From Candidatus Omnitrophota bacterium (GTDB lineage: Bacteria; Omnitrophota; Gorgyraeia; Gygaellales; Gygaellaceae): a stretch of DNA of 64,000 nucleotides. The stretch is taken from assembly GCA_018400015.1 (NCBI GenBank), contig JAGYNB010000001.1:6815-70814 (forward strand), given 5' to 3'. Under the pieces are notes generated by a model, which saw only the letters and a list, made by a program, of their open reading frames with translations, was not told where the DNA came from and searched no databases. Made by a program: the position numbers and the translations under genes. This document shows, piece after piece, positions 18,701 to 27,600 of the stretch (the first letter of the stretch is position 1; each line of letters begins with the position of its first letter).

Positions 18701-19382
18701 TTTAGGTAAAACAACAACCGATTCTTTAAATAAATTCTTGCTAGAAACACTTTATTATTATGGTATCAGCGTAGAGCACGGCAAGGGAATTTTAGAAAAT
18801 CTTTTTGTTAATCTAAATGCCGAAAACAGATCGATAGTTTTGCAAACCCTAAGGCCGCTTATAGAGGAAAAAGCAGTTAAGAATTTTCTTTTACAGGCAT
18901 TAAGAGACAGGATCGACACAACGCGCTTAAATAAATTAGATGCTCCGGCAAAAAGGATATCAAAAGCAATTAAGGAATTTTTAGACAGTCAAAAAAGTAA
19001 TTTTGATTCCGGCGGCATAGATTTTACCAATATATCGCCATTGGCATTAGAAGGCAGATCTGTGGCGGAAGGTTTCAGGTTTGACAAACAGGACAGTTTT
19101 TTAAGGGATATGAACGCTTTAATCAATAAGCGTATTATTCCTTCACCAGAAGGCATAAAAGAATATGTTCAGCAAAATTCTGATAAAGAAAACCTGGAAG
19201 ACTTATTAGATGGTGTGTATAATTTGCTGGTTTCAGTATTAAGATTAGAGGAAGAAAAAGTTGTTTTAACAGATGACAAGACAAAAGAATTGCTCAAGGT
19301 TATAGGCTCGACGCACGACTTAACAGATCTACATAACCACTTGCAGGATATAGAGTTTAGCGCCAAAGGGCCAGAGATTTAA
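12723..19382 (+). CDS. Giant secreted or surface protein of unknown function (2219 aa)
   Basis: 6.66-kb uninterrupted ORF in an AT-rich genome. N-terminal signal peptide MRKFIKKAIAIFVCFVFVFEQAGFAQS. RBS AAGGA upstream. I recognise no catalytic domain. Confidence 0.8.
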   Translation: MRKFIKKAIAIFVCFVFVFEQAGFAQSLSRIDFTTHINTLNNQYSYEKFQPAHLRMLSYDRYSQQFSFLVDRGDYNNIEKEFLKQVTDKLFRMFLIGLTLPDDSFWVNLRPDSPEDIIDSNLAKTDMGRIFLEADLQLKKDTARFTSPATKEGNLYWQRLQEKANELFGVPNVNIPTLARPWIVPGEIILRETASDVYIYKATINVMLEEDYIKDYPRFNFKDKRMKELNEHASRLMREIIIPRLVKEVNTAKRYARLRQVFYSLVMAKWFKERFKNSSGRYVRLINQGRLEGLLSKEKWSVKPYFEAYQKSFQEGEYEIKVFGKGGSNKVRVYFSGGALPMPNVIPDPGETIVDSATGTTITSISAQEQIVLEQAPRIIKQDTNVLISEGEDVSINPDAVDEDRRYHADEREKYNRILKWTETADLLKSVWIRALSAMNPERKENLFNTEIELLIDYLQTQNPLGQILNKGNTGDRIVVFQVPGIAREGFGIKDLNDKLGYELNTRLIGVRRQMISELMKEKGLIENDGLIYSTYKEDVFLVSSDIQISPQMLQEIQHELIARIGQILRGQFEFSNALRVNGVKIQQFNNEPLYALGFGIAQITGSLPHERILADINAHQAIVIGENNAGSNYTFSEKDYNKVIFEIDRLRGQLNENSYIFEANEAGELFLSQEVAVALRDNLDWDGLSMQAREQFINEVNFNNARQYFRLIKIQDYIKKWQIDFEKARGRSQQITALTEKLKQKIAQREEKYLVPIDNELLELVVQARDFIETETKLPEFDSEFAFYSRGPPMEKPIFVTLDIKKMGIMNINANEIELQRVSSALQSGEVASLEDIWLSAADSVTENLIETMRIAKDGIIRELGISEDDLTVLMGGDEFTLVFEDNLSDRLEEVLYKVKNQIKDKTGIEARICASTAALEFESEFFNRKDNNYEHLAFAKTILSLEDGIARLKALEKQGIQDFIIIQDEKGNWPDVKSRVESEIKKDKTITRRSFLRTLGLGTLALAGAAFVPESAKAGIRMVLSDVTEEKVSEYEMWANRLAELSGNKQEFIAACNQLQRLIHEEKKLHLYKAYETVIQSSFNRFPRDIQRRIVADTIEYVIFQTVNLKLSEQANAIVLNWLSREENLKFDSKDDYQVQADIASHIILFSSKYTDTLGKVFNGYADGAIKLMNKSVFRYFDTISNQTIQNRLIDFISNLQISESNLDLINEVFASLGRKINVIHDANEYGDWQGEIVKFLASFGNKDRILHLLIAYGGFELYTGTFQTVYKLAEKSIAATGGMINWLKRVDAENLTREQFLLAISSRNKLIDLVRNTNADPQEITGVLINVCDVVKEIIVNKHQDRRSLAYISNAIEQIFRFDNDQVKEYLKDIVLALAKENNLTLVVFSYVVIAKFNDIFEEDIKEFENVEKKFLNLINYLNAPPKTVLINNRLVVLVDYASSAASYLEDLKTLFSTRYRSNYDITYPNKTERDAGIKYKITGQVDGIDIEFHLAENIKGEDFRKALESGRYSMFCTRHHSFEGAEFAGVGSDKVLPQFIGTIGTGQGGENNSMAVVLAEEVAKAVSRDKHNSWQDIRMVIESGLNPQTGKFNNADRRMGLDNFILPDFLANVMSYVLNASWDGLPDAQEVRPVIIFDGGCGGVNRIPEYIPKYNKALGNTDFSRLISLGAAVGGIQGLMSGNLQVSEDIKIEIDSTVGSNYGYGERVPEEEVFEIIKRERDVQEFMLKNHPEVIQQTIDNLGFGFSLGDLARIVISYEASGSNKHVLKIKVFTVTGEEKAFLIAKKIPVKEGFLFEEGEESAQRNLQKTGLVPRLGKVYYLKETDSGFEYHENPPEEGNFETRVAEEFINGFTLAELEFFIEQFLGTKKARETINGLLQSDRGSREYNLYLEKLKSLIQSKGFSKVQTARLIELAQTLVDFDNEYKILSDAAGQLLPVSFITQATNTIFDIFAALNENSYSLEAIWSHDVHWSNIMFEKSTGRLVVVDLGKTTTDSLNKFLLETLYYYGISVEHGKGILENLFVNLNAENRSIVLQTLRPLIEEKAVKNFLLQALRDRIDTTRLNKLDAPAKRISKAIKEFLDSQKSNFDSGGIDFTNISPLALEGRSVAEGFRFDKQDSFLRDMNALINKRIIPSPEGIKEYVQQNSDKENLEDLLDGVYNLLVSVLRLEEEKVVLTDDKTKELLKVIGSTHDLTDLHNHLQDIEFSAKGPEI

Positions 19383-19455
19383 GGGGTGTCTATGCCTTTC
19401 GGTTTATCAGCCAAAATGGGGCCCTCCATTAAAATTAGACACCCCTTGTTTTATT
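19383..19455 (+). terminator. Putative intrinsic terminator after the giant gene
   Basis: 10-bp inverted repeat GGGGTGTCTA...TAGACACCCC with a nested AATGG/CCATT hairpin, followed by TTGTTTTATT. Confidence 0.4.
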
Positions 19456-19463
19456 AAAAGCTC

Positions 19464-19492
19464 TTGACAATTTAAACAGCGTGTGTTATATT
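19464..19492 (+). promoter_or_regulatory. Sigma70-type promoter for the pyr operon
   Basis: TTGACA - 17 nt - TATATT, exact consensus spacing, about 130 nt upstream of pyrR. Confidence 0.5.
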
Positions 19493-19517
19493 TCTAAAAA
19501 TTACTGATACCTTTAAA

Positions 19518-19540
19518 CTTGGCCCAGAGAGGCTAAAAAG
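19518..19540 (+). promoter_or_regulatory. PyrR-binding loop in the pyr leader RNA
   Basis: GGCCCAGAGAGGCUAAAAAGG matches the conserved PyrR box (..UCCAGAGAGGCU..). It lies just upstream of the leader terminator. Confidence 0.55.
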
Positions 19541-19572
19541 GCAAAATGAATAAAATAATTAAAAAAATTATA

Positions 19573-19610
19573 AACCCAACTGCTAAAAAAGTGGTTGGGT
19601 TTTTCTTTTA
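19573..19610 (+). terminator. Attenuator (intrinsic) terminator of the pyr leader
   Basis: 8-bp stem AACCCAAC/GTTGGGTT with a 13-nt loop, then TTTTCTTTTA, immediately 5' of pyrR. Confidence 0.55.
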
Positions 19611-19619
19611 TTGGAGTCA

Positions 19620-20159
19620 ATGATGAGAGAAAAGGCAACAATATTAGATAAAATAATGATTCAAAGAGCAATAACAAGGATTGCGCATGAGGTTATTGAA
19701 AAGAATAAAGGAATTAATAATCTTTGCCTTGTGGGCATTAGAAATAGAGGCGTATTTATTGCAGAGCGGCTCAAGGAGAACATAAAGACAATAGAAAACA
19801 AAGAAGTTGATATCGGCATACTCGATATTACATTATACAGGGATGATTTGACTTTAATTTCGGAAAAGCCTGTTGTTCACAAGACCGAAATTAACTTTGA
19901 CATAAGCGATAAGAAAATAGTTTTAGTTGACGATGTTTTATATACGGGAAGGACGATTCGCGCTGCCTTAGACGCACTAAATGATTTTGGCCGGCCTAAA
20001 TCCATACAGCTTGCCGTGTTGATTGATAGAGGACACAGGGAACTTCCTATAAGGGCAGATTTTGTAGGTAAAAATATTCCTACGGCGACAAATGAAACGA
20101 TAGAAGTTCGCCTTATGGAAATAGACAAGAAAGAAGAAGTTGTTATCGTGGAGAAATAA
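19620..20159 (+). CDS. pyrR: Pyrimidine operon regulator / uracil phosphoribosyltransferase
   Basis: [31 protein letters not shown]... and the PRTase motif [12 protein letters not shown]. The true start is at 19620 or 19623, not the TTG at 19611. Confidence 0.9.
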   Translation: MMREKATILDKIMIQRAITRIAHEVIEKNKGINNLCLVGIRNRGVFIAERLKENIKTIENKEVDIGILDITLYRDDLTLISEKPVVHKTEINFDISDKKIVLVDDVLYTGRTIRAALDALNDFGRPKSIQLAVLIDRGHRELPIRADFVGKNIPTATNETIEVRLMEIDKKEEVVIVEK

Positions 20160-20161
20160 AT

Positions 20162-21082
20162 ATGGTTTGGACAAAAAAAGACCTATTGGCTTTGGAAGAT
20201 TTAACCAAAGAAGAGATCGAGCATATTTTAGATACCGCAGGTTCGTTTAAAGAGGTTTCAACTCGCGATATAAAAAAGGTTCCCGCCTTAAGAGGCAAAA
20301 CGGTGGTAAATTTATTTTACGAACCTTCCACAAGGACTAGGATATCATTTGAAGTAGCAGCAAAAAGGCTTTCAGCAGACGTTATCAATGTTAATATTGA
20401 AACTTCCAGTGTGAAAAAAGGAGAAACTTTAATTGATACAGGCCGTAATATACAGGCATTAAAAGCAGATATTGTAGTGTTAAGGCATAAACATTCAGGT
20501 GCAGCAGCAATGTTGGCACGCCATTTAAATATAGGAGTTGTTAATGCTGGTGACGGCTGGCATGAACATCCTACGCAGGCCTTGCTCGATATGCTTACAA
20601 TAAAAGAAAAACTCGGGAAAATTAAGGGGTTAAAAGTGAGCATAATCGGAGATATTGCTCATTCACGAGTTGCACGTTCTAATATCTGGGGTTTGACTAA
20701 GTTAGGCGCTATCGTTACGGTATGCGCGCCAAAAATGCTTATCCCCGTAGGCATTGAACAAATGGGAGCTAAAGTTACCAACGATATAGAAGTTGCTTTA
20801 AAAGATGCGGATGCGATAAATATTTTACGCATGCAGTTTGAGCGTGATGATCGGGTTAATTTTCCAGTGCAGCTGGAATATTTTAAGACCTTTGGTATTA
20901 CTAAAGAGCGTTTGGAAAAGGTAAAGAAAAATATTCTGGTAATGCATCCCGGGCCGATCAATAGGGGTATTGAGATGTCCAGCGAAGTTGCCGATGGAGA
21001 ACATTCTGTCATATTAGAACAAGTTACAAACGGCATTGCTGCGAGAATGGCTGTTTTGTATTTAGTAGCACAGGGAAAATAA
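20162..21082 (+). CDS. pyrB: Aspartate carbamoyltransferase catalytic subunit
   Basis: STRTR motif (YEPSTRTRISFE). HPTQ and HPGP motifs. Confidence 0.95.
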   Translation: MVWTKKDLLALEDLTKEEIEHILDTAGSFKEVSTRDIKKVPALRGKTVVNLFYEPSTRTRISFEVAAKRLSADVINVNIETSSVKKGETLIDTGRNIQALKADIVVLRHKHSGAAAMLARHLNIGVVNAGDGWHEHPTQALLDMLTIKEKLGKIKGLKVSIIGDIAHSRVARSNIWGLTKLGAIVTVCAPKMLIPVGIEQMGAKVTNDIEVALKDADAINILRMQFERDDRVNFPVQLEYFKTFGITKERLEKVKKNILVMHPGPINRGIEMSSEVADGEHSVILEQVTNGIAARMAVLYLVAQGK

Positions 21083-21083
21083 T

Positions 21084-22364
21084 ATGGGATTATTAATTAA
21101 AAACGGTTTTGTTATAGACTCAGCAAATAAGATAAGCGAGCCAAGAGATATTTTAGTGTCTAATGGTAAGATTGAAAAAGTCGATAAAAAAATTAATAAT
21201 AAAACTAAAAATACCATAAACGCAAGAGGCAAAATTGTTATTCCTGGTATATTTGATATGCATGTTCATTTACGAGAGCCGGGCAGAGAAGATAAAGAAA
21301 CAGTTTATACGGGAACTCTCGCAGCATTGGCAGGCGGGGTAACTCAGGTGTTAGCAATGCCTAATACTGATCCTGCTATAGACAGCCCCGAGAATAGTGA
21401 AATCTTAAAGCAAATTATCACCAAAAGCGCAAATTGTAATGTGAGTATTTGCGCAGCTATTACTAAAAAAAGACAAGGAGAAGAGCTTGTTGATTTCGGT
21501 AAGCTAAAATCAAATGGTGTAGTTGCTTTTTCTGACGATGGCAATTCTGTGGACAACCAAGAGATTATGGATGAAGCATTTAGACATGCGGCGGAACACG
21601 ATTTATTAATAATATGTCATAGCGAAGATAAAACGCTTTCTAAAAAAGGTGTAGTTAATTACGGGTTTACCTCAACACGCATGGGCTTAAGAGGGGTTTC
21701 CAACGAATCAGAATACAAAAGAATCAGCCGCGATATCGAATTAGCCAAAAAGCATAATGCGCGAATTCATATTGCGCATGTTAGCTGCAAAGAGTCCGTT
21801 GGCATAATCAAAAAAGCAAAAGAGCAAGGGGTAAAAGTAACCTGTGAGACCGCTCCGCATTACTTTTCGCTTACAGAAGAAGACGTTTTAGGTTACGATA
21901 CGAATAAAAAGATGAACCCTCCTTTACGAAGCGAACAAGATAAACAGGCGATTATCGATGGTTTAAAAGAAGGCATTATTGACGTGATAGCATCTGATCA
22001 TGCTCCGCATACGGAAAATGAAAAAAATATAGAATTTGATAAGGCGGAATTTGGAGTTATTGGCTTGCAGAGCATTCTTTCAGTTTGTACGACAGAACTT
22101 TTGCATAAACATGTACTAGGTTGGACGGATATTGTGGAAAAATTGTGTTTGGCCCCAGCTCGCATATTAGACGTTGATTGCGGGACGCTTTCAGTTGGTA
22201 AAAACGCAGATATTGCTATAGTTTCACCGGAGCAAGATTGGACGTTAGATAAAAAACAGATATTGTCCAAATCGAAAAACTCAGCTTTTTTAAACAAAAA
22301 ACTAAAAGGCCAAGTGTGGTGTACTATCCATAACGGCCAGATAGTTTATATGGATAAGGAATAG
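21084..22364 (+). CDS. pyrC: Dihydroorotase
   Basis: Amidohydrolase fold with the metal-binding DMHVHLREPG. Confidence 0.9.
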   Translation: MGLLIKNGFVIDSANKISEPRDILVSNGKIEKVDKKINNKTKNTINARGKIVIPGIFDMHVHLREPGREDKETVYTGTLAALAGGVTQVLAMPNTDPAIDSPENSEILKQIITKSANCNVSICAAITKKRQGEELVDFGKLKSNGVVAFSDDGNSVDNQEIMDEAFRHAAEHDLLIICHSEDKTLSKKGVVNYGFTSTRMGLRGVSNESEYKRISRDIELAKKHNARIHIAHVSCKESVGIIKKAKEQGVKVTCETAPHYFSLTEEDVLGYDTNKKMNPPLRSEQDKQAIIDGLKEGIIDVIASDHAPHTENEKNIEFDKAEFGVIGLQSILSVCTTELLHKHVLGWTDIVEKLCLAPARILDVDCGTLSVGKNADIAIVSPEQDWTLDKKQILSKSKNSAFLNKKLKGQVWCTIHNGQIVYMDKE

Positions 22365-22366
22365 AT

Positions 22367-23608
22367 ATGCAATTTATCGCAGATTTTCATATTCACTCAA
22401 AATACAGCCGTGCAACATCACGCGATATGAATGTTGATAATATCGCTCATTGGGCAAAACTCAAAGGAATTCAGCTTATGGGTACAGGGGATTTTACGTT
22501 TCACTTGTGGGTTGAGGAATTAAAGTCAAAATTGGAAGATACTTCAAACGGATTATTCCAATATAACGGAATTAATTTTATTTTAACAAGTGAGATATCC
22601 TGCATATATTCAAAAAATAAACGCACCTACAGGGTACATATTATAATATTTGCTCCGGATTTTAAGACTGTTGAGAAAATTAATTCAACCTTGGCTACAT
22701 ATGGTAATCTTGCATCTGACGGCAGGCCGATTCTAGGAATGGATGTGCAGGATATTGCGCGCATTGTTTTTGATATAAATGAAAATTGTTTTATTGTGCC
22801 AGCGCATATTTGGACTCCTTGGTTTAGCATGTTCGGTTCCATGTCCGGGTTTGACAGGATCGAAGATTGTTTCGGAGAGTTTACTGATAGGATACATTGT
22901 GTGGAGACAGGTCTTTCTTCGGATCCGGCAATGAACTGGCGGCTTTCCAGGCTTGATAATATTAGTTTGATTTCCAATTCGGACAGTCATTCTCCGGCAA
23001 AGATCGGCAGAGAAGCTAATGTGTTTGATTGCGACATGAACTACCAGGAAATAACAAAGGTATTAAAAAATAAAGATAAGAGTAAATTTTTGTACACAAT
23101 TGAGTTTTTTCCCGAAGAAGGTAAGTATCATTACGACGGCCACAGAAATTGTAAAATAAATTTTTCACCAAAAGAATCCAGAGAGCATAAAAATATCTGT
23201 CCTGTATGCAATAAACCGCTGACGATCGGAGTGATGAATCGCGTTGAACAGCTTGCCGATAGAGAAGAAGGTTTTATTCCAAAAACCGCAATTCCTTATA
23301 AAAGTTTGATTCCGTTACAGGAGATTATTGCAGAAGCAAGATCCGTAAAATCCATAACAAAGCAGGTGATGCAGGATTATATGAATTTGGTTTCCAGATT
23401 CAAGAATGAATTTAATGTACTTTTAAATGTTTCTAAAACTGACTTAGTTAGCGCAACGTCATCACGCATTGCCGAAGGGATTATTTGCGTAAGGGAAAGA
23501 AAAGTATCGATAACTCCCGGTCATGACGGAGAATACGGAATTGTAAAGATTTTTCAGGGCAAAGAAGAGGATAAAAAAGACGAACAGCTAAACCTATTTA
23601 AATTATGA
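22367..23608 (+). CDS. PHP-domain nuclease with C-terminal zinc finger (endonuclease Q-like)
   Basis: N-terminal PHP motif FIADFHIHSKYSRATS. C-terminal CPVCNKPLTIGVMNRVEQLADRE Zn-finger, as in EndoQ. Confidence 0.5.
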   Translation: MQFIADFHIHSKYSRATSRDMNVDNIAHWAKLKGIQLMGTGDFTFHLWVEELKSKLEDTSNGLFQYNGINFILTSEISCIYSKNKRTYRVHIIIFAPDFKTVEKINSTLATYGNLASDGRPILGMDVQDIARIVFDINENCFIVPAHIWTPWFSMFGSMSGFDRIEDCFGEFTDRIHCVETGLSSDPAMNWRLSRLDNISLISNSDSHSPAKIGREANVFDCDMNYQEITKVLKNKDKSKFLYTIEFFPEEGKYHYDGHRNCKINFSPKESREHKNICPVCNKPLTIGVMNRVEQLADREEGFIPKTAIPYKSLIPLQEIIAEARSVKSITKQVMQDYMNLVSRFKNEFNVLLNVSKTDLVSATSSRIAEGIICVRERKVSITPGHDGEYGIVKIFQGKEEDKKDEQLNLFKL

Positions 23609-24090
23609 AAAGCGCAATCTGTTATTATTCCTTTACGGGTAACACAAAAATCGCAGCAGAAATTTTAAAAGATATTTTAGCTGAAAAAGGTATCGTGGAT
23701 TTAGTCGAGCTTAGGCCAAAAAAAGAAGATAAAAATTTTTTTATGCAAGGTTTTAAGTCTTTTTTGAAAAAAGAAACCGAACTTAACAACATAAAGTATG
23801 ATTTTACAGAGTATGATTTTATAGCCGTGGGTTCTCCTGTGTGGGCATTTGGTCCTGCACCAGCAGTGAGAACGTTTTTAAAACATGTTACCGGTGTAAA
23901 TGACAAGCAAGTAATTTTATTCGTGACTTCGCGCGGGGCAGGCGATCATAAGGCAATGAAGGAAATGGCAAGATACCTGAAAGAAAAAGGCGTTAAAGAT
24001 TTTAAATATGTAAGCATTAATCATAATAGGATAAAAGATACCAAATATCTAAAAACAAAGATCATTAAAGTAATAGATGAGCGCCTGTAG
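23605..24090 (+). CDS. Flavodoxin-like protein
   Basis: ICYYSFTGNTK FMN-binding loop. 161 aa. Confidence 0.6.
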   Translation: MKSAICYYSFTGNTKIAAEILKDILAEKGIVDLVELRPKKEDKNFFMQGFKSFLKKETELNNIKYDFTEYDFIAVGSPVWAFGPAPAVRTFLKHVTGVNDKQVILFVTSRGAGDHKAMKEMARYLKEKGVKDFKYVSINHNRIKDTKYLKTKIIKVIDERL

Positions 24091-24152
24091 CCTAATGGAT
24101 AGGGCACTAGCCTCCGGAGCTGGTTGTACAGGTTCGATTCCTGTCAGGCGCA
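24081..24152 (+). tRNA. tRNA-Arg (anticodon CCG)
   Basis: Acceptor stem GCGCCTG/CAGGCGC. Anticodon arm CTAGC-CTCCGGA-GCTGG. T-arm GGTTCGATTCC. The 5' end overlaps the flavodoxin stop codon. Confidence 0.8.
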
Positions 24153-24165
24153 AAAATAGAAATCT

Positions 24166-24627
24166 ATGAAGAGGAAAATAGTAGCTGTAATTGGTGGGCG
24201 TAGATGTAATAGCAAAGTGGAGCAAACTGCACTAGAAGTAGGGAGAATAGTTGCTAAAGTGGGGGCAATACTTGTTTGTGGTGGACTAAGTGGAGTAATG
24301 CAGGCAGCTTGCAAAGGAGCAAGTACTTGTAAAAACAGCCTTACAATAGGGATATTGCCAGGAGATGATAAAGAGGTTGGTAACCCTTTTGTAGATATAA
24401 CTATTCCAACAGGAATGGGCTTAGCAAGAAATATTCTTGTTGTGAAAACAGCAGATATTGTTATTGCTATAGATGGTGAATATGGAACGCTTTCTGAGAT
24501 TGCCATTGCCCTGCAAAGTAATAAACCTGTTTTGGGCATTGGAACTTGGGATATTAAAGGAGTAAGAAAGATAGGTAGTTTAAAGAATTTAGAAAGAATA
24601 TTGTTAAAATTTTTAAAGGAGAAATAA
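24166..24627 (+). CDS. TIGR00725/LOG-family Rossmann-fold protein
   Basis: KIVAVIGGRR...VCGGLSGVMQAA...PVLGIG, the typical LOG/SLOG pattern. G-richer codon usage than its neighbours. Confidence 0.55.
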   Translation: MKRKIVAVIGGRRCNSKVEQTALEVGRIVAKVGAILVCGGLSGVMQAACKGASTCKNSLTIGILPGDDKEVGNPFVDITIPTGMGLARNILVVKTADIVIAIDGEYGTLSEIAIALQSNKPVLGIGTWDIKGVRKIGSLKNLERILLKFLKEK

Positions 24628-24629
24628 CA

Positions 24630-27600
24630 ATGCCGCGTAGAAACGACCTTAAAAAGATTCTTATTATTGGTTCTGGACCGATTATTATCGGCCAGGCATG
24701 TGAATTTGATTATTCCGGAACTCAGGCTTGCAAGGCTTTAAAAGAAGAAGGTTATGAAGTAGTATTGGTTAATTCTAATCCGGCAACGATTATGACTGAC
24801 CCTCAAACTGCGGACAGGACTTACATCGAGCCTTTGACAGTTGAAAGTATTGAAAAAATTATAAAAAAAGAACGTCCTGATGGATTGCTTCCTAATCTGG
24901 GAGGGCAAACCGGACTTAATTTATCCGCTGCTTTAAGCAAACAAGGAGTTTTAGAAAAATATAATGTTGAGCTTATCGGTGTTACTGCAGATACGATTGA
25001 GCGTGGAGAAGATAGAATTGCTTTTAAAGAGACTATGGCTAAGATTAACATTCCTGTACCGAGAAGTTTTCCTTGTTATTCTGTAAAAGAGGCGGAAAGT
25101 GTTGCAAAAAAACTTGGCTATCCGGTGGCTGTTAGACCAGCATATACAATGGGCGGTACAGGCGGCGGATTGGTAAAAGACGAAGAAGAGCTTCGAGTGA
25201 TTGTTTCTCGCGGGCTATCCGCCAGTCTTATCGGTCAGGTTTTGATAGAGGAGTCTGTATTAGGTTGGGAAGAGCTTGAGTTAGAAGTTGTAAGAGACAA
25301 AAAAGGCCAGAAGATCACAGTTTGTTTTATTGAAAATATCGACCCTATGGGCGTGCATACCGGAGATAGTTTTTGTGTTGCCCCCATGCTTACAGTACCG
25401 GAAAAGCTGCAAAAAAGAATGCAGGAAGCATCATACAAAATAGTTGATGCAATCGGTGTAATTGGCGGTACTAATGTACAGTTTGCCCATAATCCGGTTG
25501 ATGATAGATTATTGGTTATTGAAATAAATCCAAGAACTTCGCGGTCTTCGGCTTTAGCTAGCAAAGCAACAGGATTTCCTATTGCCAGAATTTCCACTAA
25601 ACTTGCTGTTGGGATCACTCTTGATGAGATTCCTTATTGGCGAGACGGAACGCTTGAGAAATATACTCCTTCAGGTGATTATGTGGTAGTAAAGTTTGCC
25701 CGTTGGGCGTTTGAGAAATTTACCCAGGAAAAAGATGTTTTAGGTACTCAGATGAAAGCCGTGGGTGAAGTTATGAGTATTGGTAAGAATTTTAAAGAGG
25801 CATTTCAGAAAGCAATACGCTCACTTGAAATAAAAAGATACGGCCTTGGGTTTGCCAAAGATTTTAATTCAATGACGTTAGATGAGTTAAAGAAACGGTT
25901 GGAAAACCCGACAAGCGAACGAGTGTTTTTGATGTACGAGGCCCTAAGAAAAGGTTTGAGCGTGGAAGAGCTCCACGGGATGACAGACATACATAGATTC
26001 TTCTTGGAAGACATGAAAGAGTTAGTTGAAGAAGAAAAAGAAATTCTAAATTTTAAAGACAAGCAATTGCCGGATGCGATGTTGCTTAAGGCAAAAGAAA
26101 GCGGGTTTTCAGATAAATACCTTGCCCAGATATTAAATACAAAAGAAAGCGACCTCAGACAAAGACGTCTGGAGTTAGGCAAAAAACAAGTCTATGATGC
26201 TGTACCTGTAAGCGGGGTTGAAAACGCAGCTTATTATTACTCAACCTATATTAAAGATGATAAAGTGGATGTTTCAAAAGCCAAGAAAATACTTATTTTA
26301 GGGGGAGGTCCGAACAGAATCGGCCAGGGGATTGAGTTTGATTATACCTGTGTACACGCAGCTTTTGCCTTAAGAGAAAAACGCATTGAATCAGTAATGG
26401 TTAATTGTAATCCTGAGACGGTTTCAACCGACTATGATACTTCCAACAAGCTTTATTTTGAACCTCTGACTGTAGAAGATGTTTTAACCATTTATAATAA
26501 GGAAAAACCCGATGGGGTAATTGTGCAGTTTGGCGGGCAGACGCCTTTGAATATTGCCAAAGAACTGGAAGATGCGGGAGTGAATATTTTAGGGACAAGT
26601 CCAGATAGTATTCATTTGGCAGAGGATAGAAAGCGTTTTAAGAAAATAATGGACGATCTTAATATTCCTCAGCCGGAAAGCGGCACAGCAAGTTCGATTG
26701 AAGAAGCTTTAAAGGTTGCAAACAAAATCGGTTATCCTTTAATGGTCAGGCCTTCATTTGTTCTAGGCGGAAGAGGCATGGAGATAGTTTACAATGAAAA
26801 GATGCTTTTAGAATACGTAAAGGCAGCAACAGAGGTAACACCCGAGTATCCGATGCTTATTGACAGGTTCTTGGAAGAAGCCATCGAAGTAGAGGTTGAT
26901 GCTATTTCAGACGGAGAAGAGATAATTATACCGGCAGTTATGGAACATATCGAGCTTGCCGGGGTTCATTCCGGAGATAGTGCTTGCATGGTGCCGTCGC
27001 TTAACATTTCAAAAGAGAATATCAATACGATAAAAGATTATTCTAAAAAAATTGCTAAGGAGTTAAAAGTGGTGGGATTGATGAATATTCAGTATGCTAT
27101 CGCAAACAACAAAGTTTATATACTGGAAGCAAACCCACGAGCATCCCGGACGGTCCCATTGGTAAGTAAAGTTATGGGCATTTCCATGGCAAAGATCGCT
27201 ACGAAAATCATGATGGGTGAAAAAATCAAGGATATGGATATTAAGATTTCTGAAAAGATCGACCATGTAGGAGTAAAAGAAGCGGTGTTTCCTTTTAATA
27301 TGTTTCCTTCGGTCGATCCTGTATTAGGCCCGGAGATGAAAGCTACAGGTGAAGTTATGGGTATGGCAATTTCTTTTGGTGTAGCTTTTTATAAGGCCCA
27401 AGAAGCAGCTGGGACAAAACTTCCTCTAAAAGGTAAAGTGTTTATTTCGGTTGCGGATAAGGATAAGAATAAGATCATCGATGTGGCAAAACGTTTGGCA
27501 AGATTAGGTTTTGATATATTAGCCACCAAAGGAACAAAAGAGCTGTTAGAAAAAAATAATATTAAATCTGATTTAGCTGTTAAGGTGCATGAAGGTTCCC

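Noticed and set aside
24144-24539. 131-aa minus-strand ORF opposite the LOG-like gene
   Set aside because: Shadow ORF. The + strand product has clear LOG-family motifs.
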